NCBI GenBank assembly: GCA_026387335.1 | Contig: JAPLLX010000003.1 | Location: 10,230-74,229, forward strand | Source of the DNA: Candidatus Omnitrophota bacterium | Lineage (GTDB): Bacteria > Omnitrophota > Gorgyraeia > Gygaellales > Profunditerraquicolaceae | DNA: 64,000 bases | Direction of reading: 5' to 3' | Shown here: positions 1-9,397 of the stretch, one piece after another | Layout of the letters: the number at the start of each line of letters is the position of its first letter | Position numbering within the stretch: position 1 is the first letter of the stretch | Position numbers and translations under genes: made by a program | Notes under the pieces: generated by a model | What the model was told of the DNA's origin: nothing | Seen by the model: the letters and a program-made list of their open reading frames with translations, nothing else | Databases searched by the model: none

Positions 1-1080
1 AATATTCACTAATATCCCCAACGCTATAAAAGTAACAAATATAGACGAACCGCCGTAACTCATCAAGGGTAAGGGTATACCCACTACGGGAGCCAGGCCC
101 AGGTTCATCGCCACATTGATGCTGACTTCTATAGCCAACATTAAAGAAATCCCGTAGGCTAATAGTTTGCCGAAAGAATCCTGGGTGCGCTGGGCGATCA
201 GGAATCCCTGACGGATCAATAAATAATAAAGAAACAAAAGGGTAACCCCGCCTAAAAATCCCCACTCTTCCGAAAAAGTAGCAAAAATAAAATCCGTGTG
301 CGACTCCGGAAGAAAATGCAACTGGCTTTGCGTCCCGGATAACCAACCCTTGCCCCAAAGCCATCCTGAGCCTATGGCTATTTTAGATTGGATTACCGTA
401 TAACCTGCGCCCAGCGGGTCAATATTCGGGTTTAAAAAAACCAGCAGCCTATCCTTTTGATAATCCCGCAGGAGGCTCCACATAAAAGGTAACGGCAAGC
501 TCATTACCAACAGAAAAATAAAAATATACTTTAACCTGACATTGGTTAAATACAACAGAGTAATAAACAGAATGAGTATGATTATGCCGCTTCCTAAATC
601 CGGCTGCTCAATGATCAGGGCTACCGGCAGCGCTGTAAAAAAGAAAGGCAGGAGCAAACCGCGGATCATTCCGAATTTTCCGGAAAGCAGTTCGATATCA
701 TCGACGGCTTTACGGCTAAAATAACGGGCCAGAAATATGACCATGACTATTTTAGACAACTCTGAAGGCTGGAAGTTAAACCAGCCTATCCTTAACCAGC
801 GCTGGGCGCCTAAGCGGGTTGTCCCCAGGATAAAAACCAGGAGTAAAAAGAAAAAAGCTGCGCCATATAAAAAATATGTCCAATCCCAGAACCGGCGGTA
901 GCTTATATTAGAAATAATAGAAAACAGGACTAGGCCCAGGATGATCCAAAGTATCTGGCGCTGGAAAATCGTTTGCCAAATCTTCCCTTCTTTCTGATAG
1001 GTGCTGCTGTAGATGGACAAGACACCCAGAGAACAGATCAATAACGCTATGATTAGTATAATAAAAAATGAATTTCTCAT
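1..1080 (-). CDS. rodA: Peptidoglycan polymerase RodA (SEDS family), partial; the C-terminus runs off the window start
   Basis: The reverse-complement translation from the ATG at 1078-1080 reads MRNSFFIILIIALL... It is multi-pass hydrophobic with an FtsW/RodA-like loop (QPDLGSG) and ends ...PLPLMSYGGSS. It lies immediately downstream of mrdA in the classic mreBCD-mrdA-rodA order. Confidence 0.8.
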   Translation of the reverse strand, partial: MRNSFFIILIIALLICSLGVLSIYSSTYQKEGKIWQTIFQRQILWIILGLVLFSIISNISYRRFWDWTYFLYGAAFFFLLLVFILGTTRLGAQRWLRIGWFNFQPSELSKIVMVIFLARYFSRKAVDDIELLSGKFGMIRGLLLPFFFTALPVALIIEQPDLGSGIIILILFITLLYLTNVRLKYIFIFLLVMSLPLPFMWSLLRDYQKDRLLVFLNPNIDPLGAGYTVIQSKIAIGSGWLWGKGWLSGTQSQLHFLPESHTDFIFATFSEEWGFLGGVTLLFLYYLLIRQGFLIAQRTQDSFGKLLAYGISLMLAIEVSINVAMNLGLAPVVGIPLPLMSYGGSSIFVTFIALGILVNI

Positions 1081-1081
1081 A

Positions 1082-2797
1082 TTAAATTAAACCTTGATTA
1101 ATCATCTCCTGGATTATCTGTTTAGCTGTTACGCAGGCTACATACCCCGGCCCGCCATGCTCCAGGAATACACAAATAGCGAATTTCGGGTTTTTATACG
1201 GGAGGAATCCGCAAAACCAGGCATGCGGCTGGCCCGGCGGAGCCTGAGCAGTGCCGGTCTTACCCGCGATAATGACAGTCAAGCCGGATAACACATTGCC
1301 TGTCCCGGTCGGATCATTAACTACACCCCTTAGCCCCTCCCGGATATAATCCAGCGTGCCTTGCTTAAAATTTAATTTCTCGCTCCTTTGCTGATAAACC
1401 GATATATCCCGGCCGTCTATTGCCTTAACAATATAAGGAGTTACCAGATACCCTCCGTTGGCGATTACCGCAATCATGCGCGTAATTTGCAACGGCGTAA
1501 CCAAAACCTCTCCCTGGCCTATACTTAAATTAGCCGTATCGCCATCAAACCAATTCTTAAACTTATTGATCTTTCTCCAGAGCGGCGAAGGTATAAATCC
1601 CGGATTCTCATAAGGCAACTCAAAAGAAGTTGTCTTGGATAAACCGAATTTAAGCGCGTAGTCGTGCAAGCTTTGAGCCCCGGCGAGTAAACCGGTCTTA
1701 TAGAAAAATACATTGCAGGAATGCGTTAGCGCCGCCTGTAAATTCTGCAGCCCGTGCGTGCTCCAGCATTTAAATTCACCTCTTCCGACAAACGTGCTTC
1801 CTTGACAAAGGAAAGTTGTGTTCGGATTAATCTTTTTATTATCCAATGCCGCTGCCGCGACAATAACCTTAAAAATTGACCCTGCCGGATAGGCGCTGCT
1901 TATAGCGCGGTTAATTAATAAAGAATTCGGGTCATTAAACAGCTTTACCAACGCGTCGCTATTTTTTTCCGCAAACGCCGCCGGATCAAACGCCGCAGAG
2001 CTGGCCATAGCCAAAATCTCTCCGGTATAAGGATCCATAATGACCACGCTGCCTTTTCTTCCGGCAAGATAATCCTCGGCTATCTTCTGGATCTTAATAC
2101 TTAGAGTAAGTTGGATATCTTTTCCGTTAACCGGAGGCTTAAAACCTAAGGTGCGGATGATCTTGCCGCGATGGTCAACTTCAAAAGAGACTCCTCCCTC
2201 TTCCTGGCGCAGATAATAATCATATCTTTCCTCAACCCCGCCAAAACCGACGATATCCTTGGTTTTATATCCGTAATCTTCCAGCCTGGTTAAACGCCAA
2301 CGGTCAATCTCACTGACATAACCCAAGACGTGAGCCGCCAGCCTTCCTCCCGGATAATGCCTTAAAGGATCGGGTTGCACTATTATAGCGGGTAAGTCCA
2401 CTTTAAGTTCGGTAAGCGCGATAGCCTCTTTTACGCTTATATTCCTGGCTATTGTTACCGGAACCGAAGAAGAAATATACTCTTTTTTAAGCGCCTTCTG
2501 CAATTCTCTTACGCTTACTTTAAGGATCTGGGCGGCGCTTAAGATTATTTTTTCCTGCTGCCCGGGGTCCTGGGGCAAAATCATCAAATCATAAGAAAGC
2601 TGGCTATCGGCGATGACCCGGCCTTCGCGGTCGAGTATTCTTCCGCGGCTGCCGTTTTGAGAAACTAACCTTATACAATTCTTATCGCCCAGCTCTTGAT
2701 ATCTTTTACCGTGGATGACTTCCAGATTAAGCAGGCCCAGAAGAAGAAAAAACAACATTACTGTTATTGCCCAAATAACAATTCTTGGTCTGATCAT
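1082..2797 (-). CDS. mrdA: Penicillin-binding protein 2 (elongasome transpeptidase)
   Basis: 571 aa with an N-terminal TM segment, PBP dimerisation domain and transpeptidase domain (SxxK-like STFK, SxN, KTG motifs). It sits between mreD and rodA. Confidence 0.85.
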   Translation of the reverse strand: MIRPRIVIWAITVMLFFLLLGLLNLEVIHGKRYQELGDKNCIRLVSQNGSRGRILDREGRVIADSQLSYDLMILPQDPGQQEKIILSAAQILKVSVRELQKALKKEYISSSVPVTIARNISVKEAIALTELKVDLPAIIVQPDPLRHYPGGRLAAHVLGYVSEIDRWRLTRLEDYGYKTKDIVGFGGVEERYDYYLRQEEGGVSFEVDHRGKIIRTLGFKPPVNGKDIQLTLSIKIQKIAEDYLAGRKGSVVIMDPYTGEILAMASSAAFDPAAFAEKNSDALVKLFNDPNSLLINRAISSAYPAGSIFKVIVAAAALDNKKINPNTTFLCQGSTFVGRGEFKCWSTHGLQNLQAALTHSCNVFFYKTGLLAGAQSLHDYALKFGLSKTTSFELPYENPGFIPSPLWRKINKFKNWFDGDTANLSIGQGEVLVTPLQITRMIAVIANGGYLVTPYIVKAIDGRDISVYQQRSEKLNFKQGTLDYIREGLRGVVNDPTGTGNVLSGLTVIIAGKTGTAQAPPGQPHAWFCGFLPYKNPKFAICVFLEHGGPGYVACVTAKQIIQEMINQGLI

Positions 2798-3261
2798 ATT
2801 CTGGTTTTAGTAATTTTAAGGATTAACGGTAGAGGTAACGCTGTGTATAACGCGCTTAAAAAAACAAGGCGCAAAAATATGCCGAATGGTATAAAGCTTC
2901 CGGATAAACCGCCGCTTAAGCCAACCGCGATATTTTGCATTAACGCTATTATAAAAACTAAGAGCCCGCGGGTAAGGTTATCTTCGATAGATACTTCGCG
3001 GGATATCTTTACGGTTAAAAAGGCCCAGAGGCCAAACAATAATATATCTAAACCAAAAGTATTCAAGCTGAAAATATCTTTCAATATGCCGATAGCTATC
3101 CCAAAAATTACCGCCGCCCGGGTTTCCCAGAAGAGCCCGGCAATAACTACAGTCAGCAAAAGAAGGTCGGGTTTTACTCCGAAGACCTTAAAATTTTCCA
3201 GGAAGGTAATTTGAAATAACCCTAAGACTAATGCCGTAATTAAAAGGGTGTTGGCTCTCAT
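2794..3261 (-). CDS. mreD: Rod shape-determining protein MreD
   Basis: 155-aa polytopic membrane protein directly after mreC, with a 4-nt overlap. Confidence 0.65.
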   Translation of the reverse strand: MRANTLLITALVLGLFQITFLENFKVFGVKPDLLLLTVVIAGLFWETRAAVIFGIAIGILKDIFSLNTFGLDILLFGLWAFLTVKISREVSIEDNLTRGLLVFIIALMQNIAVGLSGGLSGSFIPFGIFLRLVFLSALYTALPLPLILKITKTRI

Positions 3262-4031
3262 GGGATTATTACCAGGACTTCTTCAATATTGGAAAGGTCG
3301 ACTACCGGCCGGATCAGGGCATACCGGCTTAAACCGGAAAACTCTTTGCCAATATCGATTACTCTGCCGATAAGTAAACCCTTGGGGTAAGTATCATTCA
3401 ACCCGGAGCTGACAATCACATCCTGTAATTTTATATCCGCGTCTTCAGGAAGATATTTCATAATCAGATTGTTTCCCAGTGTACCGCAAACCAGGCCTTC
3501 CTGACGGGAGCGCTGGACCAGGCTTGAGACTCCCAGATTCGGGTCGCTTAGCAACATCACTTTGCTCGTGGAAGCCGTTGTTTCAATTATCCTGCCGGCT
3601 AAACCCAAATAGCTGATTACCGCCAGGCCCTTTCTTATGCCGCTAGTTGAGCCCTTATCAATGATTAATCCTGATGACCAGTTATCCGCGGGACGGGCGA
3701 TCACCCTGGCGCAGATTAATTTAAGCGCTGAATTCTGTTTAAAGGCCAGGCTTCTCTTCAGGCGGTTATTCTCCAGATAAATCTCATTTAAACCGGCCAG
3801 CTTATACCTTAAAAGGTCGACTTCTTTTCTTAGCCTGGAATTTTCAATAAGATTTTGGTGATAAAAAATAACCCCGCCAAGTTCGCGCCGCAGCCAGGAA
3901 ATAACGCTCAGCGGTTCTTTTGAGACATCCAATACCGGTCTTCTTAAGGCTGATATAGAAATGGATAGAAAGATAAGGAGAGAAATAATTACTAAGAGGG
4001 GAATTAAATTTTTCTTATTGAGATTAAACAC
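3258..4031 (-). CDS. mreC: Rod shape-determining protein MreC
   Basis: 257 aa with a signal/TM segment, coiled coil and C-terminal beta-barrel region. Follows mreB. Confidence 0.8.
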   Translation of the reverse strand: MFNLNKKNLIPLLVIISLLIFLSISISALRRPVLDVSKEPLSVISWLRRELGGVIFYHQNLIENSRLRKEVDLLRYKLAGLNEIYLENNRLKRSLAFKQNSALKLICARVIARPADNWSSGLIIDKGSTSGIRKGLAVISYLGLAGRIIETTASTSKVMLLSDPNLGVSSLVQRSRQEGLVCGTLGNNLIMKYLPEDADIKLQDVIVSSGLNDTYPKGLLIGRVIDIGKEFSGLSRYALIRPVVDLSNIEEVLVIIP

Positions 4032-4056
4032 ATTTTATACTTCTAGAGGATAGCTA

Positions 4057-5130
4057 TCAGGTGCTCATTTCCGGTTTTACCGAGACGGTGACCTTCTTAA
4101 GATATCTCATCTCATTAAGGACCTTACCCGTGCCGTTAGCAACAGCCGTGACCGGGTCATCGGCGATATGGACAGGCAGGCCTGTCTCTTCTGATATAAG
4201 TTTATCTAATCCCTTAAGCAATGATCCGCCGCCGGCCATGACAATACCGTGTTCGATTAAATCCGAAGCTAATTCGGGAGGCGTACGCTCAAGAGAAATT
4301 TTGGTTACTTCCAGGATCGCCCTTAACGGCTCCTGTAAAGATTCTCTTATTTCTTCCGAGGTTACGGTTACTGCCTTAGGCAGCCCCGCGATTAAATCCC
4401 TTCCCTTGACCTCTAAGCTCATTTCTTCTTCCAAAGGATAAGCTGAGCCGATCTTAATTTTAATATCTTCGGCCGTGCGTTCTCCAACCATTAAATTATA
4501 AGTTTTCTTAAGATATTCAATGATAGCCTCATTCATTTCATCGCCGCCGATGCGAATGGACTTAGAGAATACAATACCCGCCAGGGATATCACGGCGATC
4601 TCAGTCGTACCGCCTCCTACATCTATAATCATATTGCCTACCGGCTCTTGAATTGGCAATCCCACTCCGATAGCCGCGGCTACAGGCTCTTCAATTAAAA
4701 ATACGTCTCTTGCTCCTGCCCGCTCAGCGGATTCTTTGACTGCCCGGCGCTCTACTTCCGTAATGCCTGACGGTATGGCAATAACGATCCTGGGCCTGAT
4801 CTGAAAACGGCGGTGGCGGACTTTCCTTATAAAATGCCGCAGCATCGCTTCGGTCACTTCAAAATTTGTGATAACGCCATCCCGCATCGGCCTTATGGCC
4901 ACGATATTTCCCGGGGTGCGGCCAAGCATGCGTTTGGCTTCTTCTCCTACCGCCAGAACATGGCTTGTCCCGCGCTCAACAGCTACAACCGAAGGTTCGC
5001 AAAGCACAATACCTTCTCCCTTGACATAGACCAGCGTAGTGGCTGTGCCTAAATCAATACCTATATCATTAGAGAATAAATCCAGGATGTAATTGTAGGC
5101 TTGCTTGATCAATCCCTTGAATTTGCCCAT
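4057..5130 (-). CDS. mreB: Actin-like rod-shape protein MreB
   Basis: 357 aa. Begins [12 protein letters not shown] and carries the DVGGGTTE actin-fold ATPase motifs. RBS AGGAGA lies upstream. Confidence 0.92.
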   Translation of the reverse strand: MGKFKGLIKQAYNYILDLFSNDIGIDLGTATTLVYVKGEGIVLCEPSVVAVERGTSHVLAVGEEAKRMLGRTPGNIVAIRPMRDGVITNFEVTEAMLRHFIRKVRHRRFQIRPRIVIAIPSGITEVERRAVKESAERAGARDVFLIEEPVAAAIGVGLPIQEPVGNMIIDVGGGTTEIAVISLAGIVFSKSIRIGGDEMNEAIIEYLKKTYNLMVGERTAEDIKIKIGSAYPLEEEMSLEVKGRDLIAGLPKAVTVTSEEIRESLQEPLRAILEVTKISLERTPPELASDLIEHGIVMAGGGSLLKGLDKLISEETGLPVHIADDPVTAVANGTGKVLNEMRYLKKVTVSVKPEMST

Positions 5131-5181
5131 TTTTTCTCCTAATCCAACCTGCTTGAAACAGGCTTTTAAGTAGTATGTAGG

Positions 5182-5210
5182 ATTTTAACAGAGATTAAAC
5201 TATATGTCAA
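5182..5210 (-). promoter_or_regulatory. Putative sigma70-type promoter for mreB (-35 TTGACA, 17-nt spacer, -10 TAAAAT, read on the minus strand)
   Basis: Reverse complement of 5182-5210 reads TTGACAtatagtttaatctctgtTAAAAT. The mreB RBS and ATG lie about 50 nt downstream. Confidence 0.45.
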
Positions 5211-5231
5211 ACAAAAAGTTAAGTAATATTA

Positions 5232-5450
5232 TAGCTATTTCGCTTTTCGGGTATTGTTCGCGTGCGAAATTTTTCGCCGTGTGCTACGGTTTACGGCTCC
5301 TTCCGGCAGCGCAGGGTTCCTCACGCTAAAGAGTATTGCCTGCACTCGCCGTAAAGCCTTGCACACTGCTACTTAATAGATAGAAATGCCGAAAAATTTC
5401 TAATTGCACGCTTAACAATACCCTCAAGCAAAATATCTATAATATATTAA
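5232..5450. repeat. ~220 bp imperfect-palindromic intergenic repeat (MITE/ERIC-like), copy A
   Basis: Near-identical to the reverse complement of 61960-62178, with a few substitutions and a ~20-nt indel. Terminal inverted repeats (tagatattttgct..gggtattgt) and internal complementary arms (gtgtgcaaggctttacggc / gccgtaaaccgtagcacac) are present. Confidence 0.8.
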
Positions 5451-5460
5451 GCGTATGGCT

Positions 5461-5535
5461 TGGCTTGTTTCTAAGCAGGGCATGTGAATTCCAGTAAGCA
5501 AGTGTCCCTGCGGGAAACAAGACAAGGCCAGACGC
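5461..5535 (-). other. Imperfect hairpin 30 nt downstream of aroA stop; contains a 22-mer also found after the CinA-C gene
   Basis: ggcttggcttgtttctaagcaggg...ccctgcgggaaacaagacaaggcc forms a ~20-bp imperfect stem. 5514-5535 is the exact reverse complement of 44735-44756. Confidence 0.5.
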
Positions 5536-5563
5536 TTATTTGTAGGATACACTTAGGGTTATA

Positions 5564-6880
5564 TTAAGTTAGACTGTTGAGAGTTTTGAGGAAAGCGGGG
5601 AAAGATTTGTTGATGCAGGTAACATTGTCTATATAGGTTTCGCCGGAGGCTGCCAGCCCCGCGATAATCATACTCATAGCCGTGCGATGGTCGCCAAAAC
5701 TGCTTACCCTAGCTGCGCGAAGCCCTTTTACTCCTTTAATAATTATATTTTCCTGCTTCCCGGATTTAACCACCTTTATTTTAGCGCCCATTTTAGTCAA
5801 ATTGACTAGCATGGATTTAATCCGGTCTGTCTCTTTTACTCGCAATTCCGAGACACCTTCAAAGACGGATACCCCTTTAGCCAAACAAGCGGCAACCATT
5901 AGAATCGGAAGCTCATCTATTAGAGAAGGAATCTCACTCTTTTTAATCCTTACCCCGCGCAAAATTTTACTGCTGGCCAGAATATCCCCGGTAGGCTCGT
6001 TGCCCCGGCCGCTTAATTTTAATCTTTTTATCTTTAATCCTGCTCCCATTTTATTCAAAACCTTAACCACACCCAAGCGGCTGGGATTAAGGCTCACCTT
6101 TTTGATTAAGACCCGGGAATCCGGTATAATATTCGCGCCGACCATAAAAAATGCCGCTGAAGATATATCCGCGGGAATGTAGAGCGCGCGGGGAGAAATT
6201 AATTCTTTGCCCCCTTTTATTATTATAGTATTGCCCCGGACTTTTAAGTCGGCTTTAAATAATTTAAGCATTCTCTCAGTATGATCCCGGGTTTTTAACG
6301 GCTCAATTACTTTAGTTTCTCCACAGGCAAACAAACCGGCTAAAAGAAGAGCGCTCTTGACCTGGGCAGAAGCAACGGGTAGTCTGTAAGTAATAGCGGT
6401 TAAATTCGCGCCCCGAATAACTATAGGAGGATATTCTTCCCCGCCGATCATCTTGGAGTTTATCTGAGCGCCCATCAACCTTAAGGGCTTAATTACTCTA
6501 AGCATCGGCCGATGTCTGAGGGAATCACCCGCATTAAGTTTAGTCCCAAAGTCTTGACCGGCTAATAAACCCAGCAATAACCTAAAAGTCGTCCCCGATT
6601 CTTTTACGCAGATCGCCCCCTTAGGCCTGTTTAAACCCAAAAGCCTCCTGCCAAATACAGTAGCTTGGCAAGAGGCCCTATTTAATGTTATCTTTATTCC
6701 TAATTTTTTAACCGCGTTAGCAGTCGCCAGACAATCTTCGTTTAAAGGGAAATTTTTAACAGTGGTTTGGCCTTGGGCCAAAGCGCTCAATATTACTGCG
6801 CGGTGAGCTATAGATTTATCGCCGGGGATAGATATTTCACCCTGAAGGCCCGGACCTGAACTTAGACCAAAAAACCTCAT
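5564..6880 (-). CDS. aroA: 3-phosphoshikimate 1-carboxyvinyltransferase (EPSP synthase)
   Basis: 438 aa. N-terminus GEISIPGDKSIAHRA and length are typical of EPSP synthase. Confidence 0.9.
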   Translation of the reverse strand: MRFFGLSSGPGLQGEISIPGDKSIAHRAVILSALAQGQTTVKNFPLNEDCLATANAVKKLGIKITLNRASCQATVFGRRLLGLNRPKGAICVKESGTTFRLLLGLLAGQDFGTKLNAGDSLRHRPMLRVIKPLRLMGAQINSKMIGGEEYPPIVIRGANLTAITYRLPVASAQVKSALLLAGLFACGETKVIEPLKTRDHTERMLKLFKADLKVRGNTIIIKGGKELISPRALYIPADISSAAFFMVGANIIPDSRVLIKKVSLNPSRLGVVKVLNKMGAGLKIKRLKLSGRGNEPTGDILASSKILRGVRIKKSEIPSLIDELPILMVAACLAKGVSVFEGVSELRVKETDRIKSMLVNLTKMGAKIKVVKSGKQENIIIKGVKGLRAARVSSFGDHRTAMSMIIAGLAASGETYIDNVTCINKSFPAFLKTLNSLT

Positions 6881-7678
6881 TTAGCTTTTTCTTACTACCT
6901 TATCGCCTTCCTTGACCTTATTCTTTACATCATCCGAGGCGAAACCTGCCGCCGACATAACATCCTGGAGTTTCTCTACTTTCACGTCGCCTATATACTT
7001 ATCGCCGTGATATACCGCGAATTGATCGCCTACGGCTATGCCGTCTTTATTCCCCAGGTTTATCACCACGAAATTATATTCTTTATTTAATACCAGGACC
7101 TTTCCCTCTAAGCTTTGGGCCTTAGCTTCTACTGCCTTAACTACAGTAGCTGCTCCTACTGGGGGTTTAATCTGGACTGACTCCGGGCTGACCACAATCT
7201 TGCCCAGCTCTACGTTGGCCTTGGCTTCCAGCTCTTTAACCTTTGACTCTAACTTCGCTTTTTCAGTCTCTATGGTCCCTAACTTAGCCTGAATATTTTT
7301 AACATCATTCTGGGCCTTGGTCAATCTATTCTCTAAATCTGACCGGAGTTCTTTTTGCTGGTCAAGCTCCGTCCGCATCTGCTCTATTTTGGTCAGAGCC
7401 TCTTCCTTAGCTGTCTTTTCCTGCTGTAGTTGGTTGCTTAGACTATCGATCTGGCTGGCAGTATCTTTAAGTTTAGATTCTAAAGAAGAAATGGACTTTT
7501 GAGCTTCCAGTAATTTTGCTTCGCCTGCTTTTTGTTTAACCGTAAGCTCGTCGAGCATGTTCCCGAGCTCAATATTCCGCACGCGTTCTTTTTGCAGAAG
7601 ATAAAACCCTCCGCCGGCAATAGATAAAGAAACCAGGATTACACCAATTAAAACTATGAGCTTAATCTTAGAGTTCAT
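6881..7678 (-). CDS. Membrane-anchored coiled-coil protein with small C-terminal beta-rich domain; function unknown
   Basis: 265 aa with an N-terminal TM helix, a ~150-aa heptad-rich coiled coil (many E/K/L/Q) and a C-terminal ...VVINLGNKDGIAVGDQFAVY... domain. RBS GGAGGAGAGG and a small hairpin lie upstream. Confidence 0.5.
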   Translation of the reverse strand: MNSKIKLIVLIGVILVSLSIAGGGFYLLQKERVRNIELGNMLDELTVKQKAGEAKLLEAQKSISSLESKLKDTASQIDSLSNQLQQEKTAKEEALTKIEQMRTELDQQKELRSDLENRLTKAQNDVKNIQAKLGTIETEKAKLESKVKELEAKANVELGKIVVSPESVQIKPPVGAATVVKAVEAKAQSLEGKVLVLNKEYNFVVINLGNKDGIAVGDQFAVYHGDKYIGDVKVEKLQDVMSAAGFASDDVKNKVKEGDKVVRKS

Positions 7679-7765
7679 TCCTCTCCTCCCTGCCTGCCGC
7701 TAAGCAGGCTTTTAGATTAAATTGACCCTTATATCGTTTTAATATATCAATAAGTGTAAAAAAAA

Positions 7766-8683
7766 TCAAGTCTTATTTTTAGCTGTAAACCTTAGAAACT
7801 CTTGCGGTAAGGAAGAAGTGAACTCTACGAATTTACCTGTTGAGGGGTGGATAAAACCTAAGGATTGCGCGTGTAGGGCTAGGCGGCTAAATTCATCATT
7901 CTTGCCATATTTCTTATCTCCTAAAATAGGGTGGCCGATAAAAGCTAAATGCACTCTAAGCTGATGCGTCCTACCGGTAAACGGCTCTAACTGCAGCAGA
8001 CTGCAATCGCCAAGCCTCTTTAAGGTACGATAATAGGTCTTAGCGTACCTGGCCTTATCCGAAAAATTTACGGCCATGCTTTCTCTTTTGAACGCGTGCC
8101 TGGCTATAGGCGCTTCAATAACATTTTCATCAAATTCCATCCTGCCTTTGACTATTGCCGCGTATTTACGTTTAATAGTGTGGTCGGCGAATTGCGCGCT
8201 GAGTTTTAGATGAGCGGAATTATTCTTGGCAATAACCAAGATCCCCGAGGTATCTTTATCCAGCCGATGGACGATCCCCGGCCTTTGCGGATTTATATCG
8301 GATAATTTTTTAAAACGCGCTAATAACGCGTTGACCAGCGTATGTTCATAATTTCCCGGGGCAGGATGCACAACCAGGCCGACGGGTTTATTGATAATTG
8401 CCAGATCGTCATCTTCATAAACAATCTCTAAGGGGATCTCTTCGGCGCGGATAGAACTTTTGACTTTATCTTCAGGCGCTACCTTGATTTTATCGGTTTT
8501 GCGGACCTTGTAATGCGGTTTTATAGCGCCGGAGCCATTAACGGTTATCCGGCCCTTTAAAATCATATTTTGTATAGAGGTGCGCGAGAAACCCAGGTTA
8601 TGTTTTTTAGAAAATGCGCAAACCAATAAATCCAGGCGCGCGCCTTCCTGATCATCAGATATCTTTAGCGCGTATTCCCGCAT
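7766..8683 (-). CDS. rluD: 23S rRNA pseudouridine synthase, RluA/RluD family
   Basis: 305 aa with an S4-like N-terminus and the catalytic HRLDKDTSG motif. Confidence 0.85.
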   Translation of the reverse strand: MREYALKISDDQEGARLDLLVCAFSKKHNLGFSRTSIQNMILKGRITVNGSGAIKPHYKVRKTDKIKVAPEDKVKSSIRAEEIPLEIVYEDDDLAIINKPVGLVVHPAPGNYEHTLVNALLARFKKLSDINPQRPGIVHRLDKDTSGILVIAKNNSAHLKLSAQFADHTIKRKYAAIVKGRMEFDENVIEAPIARHAFKRESMAVNFSDKARYAKTYYRTLKRLGDCSLLQLEPFTGRTHQLRVHLAFIGHPILGDKKYGKNDEFSRLALHAQSLGFIHPSTGKFVEFTSSLPQEFLRFTAKNKT

Positions 8684-9396
8684 ATTTTTTTTAGCCCTGC
8701 TAAGGCGATGATGAATATGACGATACTGATTACCTGAAATAAAGTTAATTGGAAAAGGAAGGCCGGGCTGTCACCGCGGAAAAATTCCATGAAAAATCTT
8801 TTGGCGCAGTAGAGTAATAGATATATAAAAAATATCTGGCCTTCTTTATGCGGCCTGCCCTGTAAGACCCTTAAAATAATAAAAATAATAACCAGGAGCA
8901 ATGAGGAATACAATTGCGTCGGGATTAATACCGCTTCCTGAACAGGAGAATAAATGCCATACGCGCTCTCTTTACCAAAACAACAGCCGTTTAAGAAGCA
9001 ACCCAGCCTGCCTATCGCCTGACCCAGGGCAGCAAAAGGCGCAAACAAATCGGCGATCTTCAATACCGGAAGCTTCTTTAACCTTAGATAGAATATCCCG
9101 CAAAATACGCCGGTTATTAATCCTCCGAACCAGGCCAATCCTCCTTTTTGGAGCATGATTATTTCTAGAGGCTTTTGCGAATAGTAGCTTAAATTATTGA
9201 TTACATAAAAAATACGCGCTCCGGCTATGCCGGAAATAAAAATAAGAAAACTTAAGTTAAAAATAATATCCGGGTCGATCCCGTTTTTTTTGGCTAGCCT
9301 TGCGGCTAGAAACGTGGAAACCATAAAGGCTATGACCAGGGCCAGGCCGTAAGAATAAATCGTTAGCGGCCCGATCTTACAAATTTCTGGATGCAT
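8665..9396 (-). CDS. lgt: Prolipoprotein diacylglyceryl transferase
   Basis: 243 aa polytopic protein. N-terminus IGPLTIYSYGLALVIAF and overall pattern are typical of Lgt. Confidence 0.85.
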   Translation of the reverse strand: MHPEICKIGPLTIYSYGLALVIAFMVSTFLAARLAKKNGIDPDIIFNLSFLIFISGIAGARIFYVINNLSYYSQKPLEIIMLQKGGLAWFGGLITGVFCGIFYLRLKKLPVLKIADLFAPFAALGQAIGRLGCFLNGCCFGKESAYGIYSPVQEAVLIPTQLYSSLLLVIIFIILRVLQGRPHKEGQIFFIYLLLYCAKRFFMEFFRGDSPAFLFQLTLFQVISIVIFIIALAGLKKICGNTR

Positions 9397-9397
9397 T

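Noticed and set aside
2696-3214. Plus-strand ORFs from the track lying wholly inside minus-strand genes, e.g. 2696-3214, 5682-6182, 39700-40458 and 47626-48177
   Set aside because: They overlap well-supported conserved genes on the opposite strand and have low-complexity, Ser/Pro/Leu-rich composition typical of antisense shadow ORFs. They have no RBS and no recognisable domains.
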